51,963 bases of DNA, taken from an uncultured Clostridia bacterium (GTDB lineage: Bacteria; Acidobacteriota; Blastocatellia; Chloracidobacteriales; JADJPF01). A program made the position numbers and the translations under genes. Shown here piece after piece: positions 46,201-51,963 of this stretch (the stretch's first letter is position 1; the number at the start of each line of letters is the position of its first letter). The notes under the pieces are model-generated. The model made no database searches. It was given only the letters and a program-made list of their open reading frames with translations, and was not told where the DNA came from. Location of the stretch: assembly GCA_964536575.1 (NCBI GenBank), contig CAZHXL010000010.1, forward strand, positions 1 through 51,963, read 5' to 3'.

Positions 46201-49200
46201 TGAAACCCCCTGTAATATTACATTTGACCAAGGTAAATTATGTGTAGAGCGAATGCGTGTTTTTAATGATAGCTCAGATATAACTCTTAGTGGGCAATTA
46301 GGTTTAAGTGGAAATAACCCTTTAGAATTTATTACAAATGGGACAGTTAATCTTGCACAATTTGCTAGTTTAATCCCTGATAGCTCACTTGCTGGGTTAG
46401 TTAAGGTAGACAGTAAATTAACTGGAACAGTCAATAAGCCTAATCTTTCTGGAAGCTTACTAGTTAGCAACCTAGCTTTTGCACGTCCAGATTTACCTGT
46501 AGAGTTTAGAAATGGAAATGGTTTAATTAGGTTAAATAACGATAAGGTTTTATTAGATAATTTTGTTATAAGAGCAAATGATGGGCAAGTTACTGGAGTT
46601 GGACAAGTTGACTTAAAAGGCTTTGAAATTGCTAACTTAAAGCTAAAACTCTCAGCTACAGATATAAACTTAATCTATCAAGCTGTTGCTATGACTCTTA
46701 AAGGAGATGTGACATTAGAGGGAAATCAAAACTTCCAAGTACTTAAAGGTAATATAAAGGTTTTAGAGGCAATATATTCAAAGCCTTTTGATACTAGTTT
46801 ACTGGGTAGCAGTACTAGTATTATTGATTATTCAAAGAGTCTTTTTTCACCAAGGCTAGACATTAATATTGATGCTGATAGCTCTATAATTGTACGTAAT
46901 CCACAAATTGATACAGTTGCTTCAGCCTCAATAAGTTTAGGCGGACAAATCGACAATCCCAATTTAACCGGGCGTATTTCTTTAGAAGGTGGGACAGTTA
47001 CTCTACGTAAGCAGCGTTATGATATTACACAAGGGATTTTAGATTTACCAGGAGGGATTTTACTTCCTACCATAGATTTATTAGCAGAAGGAAACGTTAG
47101 TACTTACCGAGTTTTTATCCGTTTTACTGGGCCAGTAGACCAAATTGACCTAGAGTTAGAGTCTGAACCAACTTTAACACGTACAGAAATACTAGCTCTA
47201 ATTACTACAGGACGTACTGAAATAGGTGGAGGAGACAATCAAGATCTAACGACTACAGGGCTTAGCACAGGGGCTAATTTATTAGCACAAGAATTTATTT
47301 CTAAACCATTTGGCCGCAAAGCAGAACAGTTTTTAGGTTTAAGCCAATTTCAATTTGATCCAATAATACGCCCAAATGAAAACCCTTCAGCCCGTTTAAC
47401 CTTAGGACGACAGATTATTCCTAAACTTTCTTTTACTTATTCAACTAGTCTTAGTAGCAGCAAAGATCAAGCTATTGTGCTGGAGTATAATTTGTCAAAT
47501 CGCTTTTCTTCACTGTTTTCTTTTACTCAAGGTGGAGGTACATCTACTAAAGGTAATACTAGTGATAGTGACTATGCTTTTGAAATACGTGGGCGAGAGC
47601 GTTTTGCATTAGGTGGAAAAGGTAATCTAGAAAAAAGTACTATGCTCTCTACAATGAGTAGCTTTAAGCCTTTGACCTTGCCTACAGCAGAAGTAATTGT
47701 GGACAAACCAGAAGAAATAAAAATTGATAATGACACTTTACGCGACTTATTGCCAATTAAGCGACAAGCCTTTAGTAGCCCGCTTGCACGGCTTGGACAA
47801 GAAAACTTAACTAATTATTTACAAGAAAAAGGATATTTTTTTGCTAAGGTTTCAACTAGTTGTGAGCCTTTTGATTGCCAAGGAACAAACCTAAAAGTCC
47901 GTTATCAGGTCACTTCTGGCACTCGTTATGAAGTGAGACAAATAACTATTACAGGAACAAACCTATTTTCTCCTGCTAGTGTTATTAGCCAACTACAATC
48001 AAAAGAGAAAAACTTTGTTGGTAACTTTCCTATTTTGCGTAGCTTACCGTTTATTGGTGGTTTGGCTGATGGAATAACTAGCAATGAACGACTTCGCCAA
48101 GATAGCGACCTAATAAGGCAACAATTAGTTGATTTAGGTTATCGTCAAGCCACTGTTTCCTATAGCTATGATATTGATTCTGATGGACTTGGGCTAAAGA
48201 TAGGCTTTAATGTCACAGAAGGTGCGATTAGTCGAATAGGAGAAATAGACTTACATGGGGTAAGTCTATTAAACAAAGAAGAATTAAGGCAAGAGATTTC
48301 TATTAGCTTGGGTGATCCTTTTTTTCCCTCTCGTCCTCGTGAAGTAGCACAAAAACTAGTAGATTATTACGCCCAACAAGGTTATTTAGACACTAAAATT
48401 GATCTAGAAATAGAACAAATGTCTAATAACAATGTTCGCTTAATTTATCAAATAAACGAAGGATCAATTGCAACTGTTGGTGATGTGGTATTTATTGGAA
48501 CAGTTGGAGTTAATGAAAAAGCACTGCGACGATTTATTGAACTAAAACCAGGACATATAATTACTAATAGGAAACTCCAGAGGCTACAAAAAGGCCTTTA
48601 TGCTACTGGAAATTTTCGAGAAATTCAAATCCTTACCATTCCTGGAATAGGAAAAAATCCAACAGATAGACAAGTATTAATCAAACTAACCGAAGCTAAA
48701 CCATTGCTATTAGTTTATGGTTTTGGTTTTTCTAGCGATGATGGGCCGAGAGGCTCTCTAGAGTTAAGTAATACAGATTTTTTAAACAGAATTAATAGTG
48801 CCTCTTTACGTTTACGTTTGGGTAAACGCGAACAGACACTACAACTACAACTTACTGACCCACGCCCTTTTGGTAGTAGATGGTCAACAACTTTTTCAGC
48901 CCTCTACAGCCGAGTTACAGAATTAGCGGGCACTAGCGAGCAAATTAGTAATGTTGATCAAATCGGGCTAGATAATACTAATATTGGTTTATCTCGTTTC
49001 TCGTCATTTATACAAACAGAGCGTCGTCTAACCAACCATGTTTCAGTAAGATTTCGTTATAACTTTGAGTTAAACAAGTTGCTAAATTTAGAGGATGCTC
49101 AGTTTAGTGCTTTTGCTGAAACTTCGCGAATTACTCGGATTGCTACATTATCTGTAGGCTCGTCTTATGATAGTCGTAACAACCCAATTAACCCAACTAG

Positions 49201-49846
49201 CGGGCAGTTTTTTAGTGTTGATTATTCAATTGCTGCACGCATATTAGGTGGAAATGAATCTTTTAACAAGATTAGTACTAATTACCAATATTATACTAAA
49301 ACAAAAGAATCTTTTCCTGTCCCTTTTATAAACCGTTCTATAATAGCTTTTTCCTCTAGAATAGGCTTAGCCGCACCTTTTGAGATTCGTTCACGCCGTA
49401 ATGATGGAGTTATTACTGATTCAGACAGGCTACTTCCTTTTAGTGAACGTTTTCGTAGCGGTGGTGCTACTACACTGCGAGGATTTCAGTTTGAAGAGGC
49501 TGGCCCACAAGCTGTTGTTGAAGTAGGAAACGCTCCTGCTCGTTTGGTGTCACTTGGTGGAGATGCTTTAGTAGTGCTTAATTTAGAGCTACGCTACCCA
49601 ATTTCTAAACGCTTACAATTAGTTCCATTCTATGATTTAGGCAATGTCTTTTCTCGTGTTAAAGACATTAATTTTAGTAGAATGACTAGTACTATAGGAG
49701 TAGGGCTAAGGTTTAATACTCCTATTGGGCCAATAGGGGTTGATTATGGTTATTTACTAGACCCACAATCTTTTACCACACCTAATGGCGGGGTACTACG
49801 CCAACGTCAAGGGGTTATACATATTAAGTTTGGACAATCTTTCTAG
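43223..49846 (+). CDS. Fusion protein: TamB-like (AsmA-like region + DUF490) N-terminal part joined to POTRA repeats and an Omp85 (TamA/BamA-like) beta-barrel
   Basis: ATG 43223 follows AGGAG (the track starts at TTG 43136).
- N-terminal signal-anchor LLIFAALLIAFIALLVGSLALYI.
- Long beta-rich repetitive region.
- DUF490-like block at about 46980-47610 (PTIDLLAEGNVSTYRVFIRFTGPVDQIDLELESEPTLTRTEILALITTGRT).
- About four POTRA units, 47700-48690.
- Barrel 48700-49843 (LLLVYGFGFSSDDGPRGSLELSNTDFL ... GVDYGY ... VIHIKFGQSF-stop). Confidence 0.85.
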   Translation: MSRINLRNLFSRENLRKKLLIFAALLIAFIALLVGSLALYIRSERFNQFVISQIKATAPLYGLRVEVGGFGFSLKASQAELKNLKVFNKKTDQLLLEVERAELNAKVVDLYALKLQRQVILETLNLKGLKLFLEFKPNGTNNLTGIGSLNNTPSSPGAIEVDSSHLNIAITDSSISLKDSVNRVDLNLNNVGIEAKLKSATQAAIKVKGDGEISYQDYNTKIKSIAINGLISDQGLELSPSLLVTTLGKIELNGQLKDWKKLEHQLEFQAETESLEIADLKIKGQSNFQGKVVGDKNSSRLTGSLNIADLTASKTHLIGLEVANLELATGARLDLATEEIKVQSVNVNSITAKNIKIPSLKGSLSNSLEVVVPKLSTVSIVVPNSQINGIQLSDINLKLLDKGLDATVKQALVASVTTANGKVNSIKFSQVAVETKGSNYKVETDLFLSTAIFNNIQAEQVNSKLLLENNILTLSKLKTNLFGGQADLETQIALSGNTTSRLQAKFGQINSAELGKILQKEPLPITGLIGGSAELTWPGIDILRASGQLKATVQGETAANTDKLPLTAELLVQAQDGKLNINPLKAKLGETDISLQATIFPKTKMIAAEYQVNSNNSEQLLLLAKNLKLLDEQILDYKPELSGNLKAVGQVNGTFDKLSITTEFETSSVGFQDNKFSSLIGKLQLTPEDIQVDVNKLLDTQGGMLSFNYQGKISDPVNTGRLKADFQDFHLQLYQQPENKEIFVGAINGKAEFTRLSENGEGKAQLTLNNSRVASQKIDLAEVEIGLANQLLELNIISLQVAAAKIDGKGALSLKTKDFNFQGQVKDLDLAKITTDASLAGIVNASLQVNGNVNDLNGLQLSLQAESKDLRTPTTKLGQLSLSAKTDNQGRIQAEIVSYLIPTQPQKIFATVSPNKDGYPLEIESQLSELDIALLLAVLKVDTKGAISSKLSAKIFVKGNILNSKDEFSLDNFQGNMLLTSASLKLSEQPLNIETPCNITFDQGKLCVERMRVFNDSSDITLSGQLGLSGNNPLEFITNGTVNLAQFASLIPDSSLAGLVKVDSKLTGTVNKPNLSGSLLVSNLAFARPDLPVEFRNGNGLIRLNNDKVLLDNFVIRANDGQVTGVGQVDLKGFEIANLKLKLSATDINLIYQAVAMTLKGDVTLEGNQNFQVLKGNIKVLEAIYSKPFDTSLLGSSTSIIDYSKSLFSPRLDINIDADSSIIVRNPQIDTVASASISLGGQIDNPNLTGRISLEGGTVTLRKQRYDITQGILDLPGGILLPTIDLLAEGNVSTYRVFIRFTGPVDQIDLELESEPTLTRTEILALITTGRTEIGGGDNQDLTTTGLSTGANLLAQEFISKPFGRKAEQFLGLSQFQFDPIIRPNENPSARLTLGRQIIPKLSFTYSTSLSSSKDQAIVLEYNLSNRFSSLFSFTQGGGTSTKGNTSDSDYAFEIRGRERFALGGKGNLEKSTMLSTMSSFKPLTLPTAEVIVDKPEEIKIDNDTLRDLLPIKRQAFSSPLARLGQENLTNYLQEKGYFFAKVSTSCEPFDCQGTNLKVRYQVTSGTRYEVRQITITGTNLFSPASVISQLQSKEKNFVGNFPILRSLPFIGGLADGITSNERLRQDSDLIRQQLVDLGYRQATVSYSYDIDSDGLGLKIGFNVTEGAISRIGEIDLHGVSLLNKEELRQEISISLGDPFFPSRPREVAQKLVDYYAQQGYLDTKIDLEIEQMSNNNVRLIYQINEGSIATVGDVVFIGTVGVNEKALRRFIELKPGHIITNRKLQRLQKGLYATGNFREIQILTIPGIGKNPTDRQVLIKLTEAKPLLLVYGFGFSSDDGPRGSLELSNTDFLNRINSASLRLRLGKREQTLQLQLTDPRPFGSRWSTTFSALYSRVTELAGTSEQISNVDQIGLDNTNIGLSRFSSFIQTERRLTNHVSVRFRYNFELNKLLNLEDAQFSAFAETSRITRIATLSVGSSYDSRNNPINPTSGQFFSVDYSIAARILGGNESFNKISTNYQYYTKTKESFPVPFINRSIIAFSSRIGLAAPFEIRSRRNDGVITDSDRLLPFSERFRSGGATTLRGFQFEEAGPQAVVEVGNAPARLVSLGGDALVVLNLELRYPISKRLQLVPFYDLGNVFSRVKDINFSRMTSTIGVGLRFNTPIGPIGVDYGYLLDPQSFTTPNGGVLRQRQGVIHIKFGQSF

Positions 49847-49895
49847 AGCATCTATAGATAAATCGGGGTGATTTATTGGTGAGATTATTTTATAT

Positions 49896-50052
49896 TAGAC
49901 ATTATCGGTAATAAGAAAATGAGAGATATAAGTGCTTATAAATCAATATCAAAAGTTCTCTAAAACCCTATTCCCGATAATGTCTATTCTACATTAGGAT
50001 ATTTTATTTTACATTTTTACTCATTTTTGCTTATTTCCGATAATTTCTATTC
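49896..50052. repeat. Three copies of a ~23-bp CTTATT-N-CCGATAAT(G/T)TCTATT motif (one inverted)
   Basis: Copies at 49896-49915 (inverted), 49968-49990 and 50030-50052. A related copy with a 2-nt gap lies at 26683-26700. Confidence 0.7.
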
Positions 50053-50315
50053 AAAGAGTTAGACTTTAAAACCCAGACACCAAAATCTCAAAATTTGAAC
50101 AATAGGTAAAATCCTTATAACTATTTTATTAAGGATGAATTGATTCTCTTAGGTTGATGTGCATGGGGAGGATACCCATTGAATAAGACCCCTATTAGTG
50201 TTACTGTAAGTTAATTGGTTTTGGGTACTCTTCCGAAACACCACTTAAAAATATCCAGATAGGTACGGATCTGAAAAAGCTTTTACCTTTCATGAGCCAA
50301 CTAAGGAGGCTTAAT

Positions 50316-51143
50316 ATGTCGAAGTCGTATTTACTTGGTATTGTCGCTGGAACCACATTGCTAATGGTTGGTAGTGTTGTAGGGTCTAATCTGCAACGCG
50401 CTACAGCGGCTAAACCACAACAAACTCTAGGAACTGCTTTACAACAAATGAAACTTGCCGAAGAAGAAGCAATCTACAGTAAAGAGATTAGGGATGCTAC
50501 GCCAGTACAACTTGGCAGATTAACACGCACACAGCAAATTCACAGCAAATTTTACACTCATTACAAAGAGTTAAGGGGGAAAGCAATTAGTGAAATTGCT
50601 GCACCGTTTAAAGGTAAGAACAAGGTTATCGAAACCGTGGTTTGTTTGCCGTTATTGGAAAAGCTTACAGAGCCGGAAACGCCAGAATATTATTTTGGTA
50701 AGCTTACAAATAACTCTGATGCGGTAATACGCGGTAAAGTTATAAATGTAACTTCGCAACTTACTGAAGACGATGGATTTATATTCACAGATTATAATAT
50801 TGCGGTAGCAGAGGTGTTGAAGAACAACACAACCTCTCCAATTAAGGCAGGGGCAACAGTTAGCGTTATTCGCCCTGGTGGGAAGGTTGTATTTGATGGT
50901 GTAATAGTGAAGGCTAAGGATCAAATGCTTGCGCCATTGAATATGGAAAAAGAGGTCGTACTATTTTTAAAGTTTATTCCCGAAAGTGGATCTTACCAGT
51001 CAACTGATCCTTCTGGAACCTTTGAACTGGACGGTTCGTCTATTCGCCCACTAACTGACCTTGCGTTCCCGCCTGGGGTACTTGGCGATAGTGACAGAAA
51101 TTCTTTTTTGCAGACTTTCCGAAATAGATCGCAGGAGCAATAA
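50316..51143 (+). CDS. Secreted hypothetical protein
   Basis: AAGGAGG lies 6 nt before ATG 50316 (the track starts at 50292). Signal peptide SYLLGIVAGTTLLMVGSVVGS. No family recognised. It looks more GC-rich than the surrounding sequence. Confidence 0.6.
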   Translation: MSKSYLLGIVAGTTLLMVGSVVGSNLQRATAAKPQQTLGTALQQMKLAEEEAIYSKEIRDATPVQLGRLTRTQQIHSKFYTHYKELRGKAISEIAAPFKGKNKVIETVVCLPLLEKLTEPETPEYYFGKLTNNSDAVIRGKVINVTSQLTEDDGFIFTDYNIAVAEVLKNNTTSPIKAGATVSVIRPGGKVVFDGVIVKAKDQMLAPLNMEKEVVLFLKFIPESGSYQSTDPSGTFELDGSSIRPLTDLAFPPGVLGDSDRNSFLQTFRNRSQEQ

Positions 51144-51146
51144 TTT

Positions 51147-51383
51147 ATGGACAAAGGGATATCTATGAACCGACGTCGTACACTGAATGGTGGCGATTTT
51201 TTATTGGGTCTTCTTACTATTTTGCTTATACTAGGTGGAAATCTTAGTACAATAGCGTATGCGAGTTGCCCTTCCTTAATTAATAATGGGTGGCCTGCAA
51301 ATGGCTTTAATGGAACAATTACTAACCCTACTGATATAGTGTATGGGTTTACACTCCAAACACCTTCAACGGAACAGAATTGA
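51147..51383 (+). CDS. Short ORF with signal-anchor; possibly the 5' stump of a gene truncated by the IS
   Basis: 78 aa: NRRRTLNGGDFLLGLLTILLILGG, then ~45 aa, ending immediately before the hairpin-rich sequence upstream of tnpB. Confidence 0.35.
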   Translation: MDKGISMNRRRTLNGGDFLLGLLTILLILGGNLSTIAYASCPSLINNGWPANGFNGTITNPTDIVYGFTLQTPSTEQN

Positions 51384-51963
51384 ACCATCTTCTGCGAGCG
51401 CAGTCTGGGCCATTAATGGCCGAGTTAAGCGAGCGATCACCTGGTAAGGTGATAAATAAGTAGAAAATTAAGTGAAAATATATAGACAAAATAAGAGAAA
51501 AGAATTAAAATAAATGCCATTAAACTATAAATAAAAGAACAAGTTATGTCACTTAACGGAGTCAAGTTCAAAGCAAACCCAACTTCAGAACAAAAATTGA
51601 TATTATCTCAATGGATGGGATGTGCTCGTTTTATCTATAATGCAAAATGCGATGAAGACCAATACTTAAGAACATTTCTAAAACACAGCCTGAGTTTAAC
51701 AGGGTGGTCTGTACCAATAGACCAAACCTACTCACAGTTTAAGACAGAACTAACACCTTGGTTAGCTGATTGTCCATCACAAATATTACGAAATAGTTCA
51801 GTTAGATGGTATGAAGCTTATCAACGTTATTTCCAAGGTTTAGCAGGACGGCCTTCAAAGAAAAAGAAAGGAAAAAAGATAGCATTTGGTTAACTCGCGA
51901 GCTTTTCCAAATAGAAATATTGTTTGACCCAGAAACAAAGCAAAAAAGCTATCAACTATTTAT
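51384..51963 (+). mobile_element. Left part of an IS200/IS605-family (tnpB-only, IS1341-like) element; runs off the window
   Basis: Subterminal hairpins TGGGCCATTAATGGCCGA (51406-51422) and ATCACCTGGTAAGGTGAT (51436-51453), a GCGAGCG direct repeat, then tnpB. The exact left boundary is not determinable. Confidence 0.55.
51546..51963 (+). CDS. tnpB: TnpB (OrfB_IS605) RNA-guided nuclease family, N-terminal part, with a -1 frame change at 51872-51878
   Basis: FKANPTSEQKLILSQWMGCARFIYN and PWLADCPSQILRNSSVRWYEAYQRYFQGLAGRPSKKKKG are typical of the TnpB N-terminus. Frame 0 stops at 51891-51893. The -1 frame continues as DSIWLTRELFQIEILFDPETKQKSYQLF to the window end. Confidence 0.8.

Noticed and set aside
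43573-46470. Minus-strand ORFs 43573-43791, 44881-45096 and 45976-46470 (164 aa).
   Set aside because: They are antisense to the TamB-like region and have no motifs.
50652-51388. Minus-strand ORFs 50652-50924 and 50993-51388.
   Set aside because: They are antisense to the 275-aa and 78-aa plus-strand ORFs, the former with a strong RBS. They have no family resemblance.
1-51963. Search for CRISPR arrays, tRNA, rRNA, reverse transcriptase/retron or DGR components, and invertible promoter switches.
   Set aside because: I found no regularly spaced direct repeats with unique spacers, no tRNA-like T-arm/acceptor patterns, no rRNA-like segments, and no RT or recombinase ORF. The only CRISPR-related signal is the 47-codon Cmr6-like relic.

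Overview
Visibly AT-rich chromosomal window from a diderm bacterium (Omp85/TamB-type envelope gene, aa3-type oxidase, strong AGGAGG ribosome-binding sites). I cannot assign the taxon from sequence alone; the gene content (Big_2/NHL/IPT surface proteins, exported TPR-CHAT, TlpA-like oxidoreductase) resembles Acidobacteriota-like environmental bacteria.

Gene order:
- HigB/HigA-like toxin-antitoxin pair whose toxin 5' end is occupied by a 141-bp MITE with an 8-bp target duplication.
- Secreted hypothetical protein and a 705-aa single-pass membrane protein, convergent with an exported PPC-TPR-CHAT protease.
- Antitoxin plus truncated MazF, then a PLP aromatic-amino-acid decarboxylase.
- Two giant paralogous Big_2/NHL/IPT surface proteins.
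- HU with a Lys/Ala-rich N-terminal tail, then TMEM14-like and small membrane proteins.
- ctaC-ctaD-ctaE oxidase genes, a small CxxC protein, ssb and ctaB.
- A 47-codon Cmr6-like RAMP remnant abutting a second MITE copy.
- Secreted hypothetical protein and two tandem small Cys-rich secreted paralogs.
- A 1034-aa Ig-repeat surface protein, an intact MazF-type TA pair, a TlpA-like thiol-disulfide oxidoreductase and a CBM-like secreted protein.
- TerD, TerD and a PspA::TerD fusion, divergent from a LytS/LytTR two-component pair.
- A secreted protein made of four modules, then ada.
- A roughly 2200-aa single ORF fusing a complete TamB-like protein to a POTRA/Omp85 barrel.
- A slightly GC-richer islet and the 5' part of an IS200/IS605-family tnpB, interrupted at an in-phase A_AAA_AAG heptamer.

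No rRNA, tRNA or CRISPR array was seen.

The strongest candidates for undescribed biology are the single-chain TamB-Omp85 fusion and the TerD-only cluster ending in a PspA(IM30)-TerD fusion. Secondary points are the MITE family, two dispersed perfect-palindrome families, a dispersed CCGATAAT motif and the tnpB frameshift site. All family calls rest on motif recognition by eye, without database searches.
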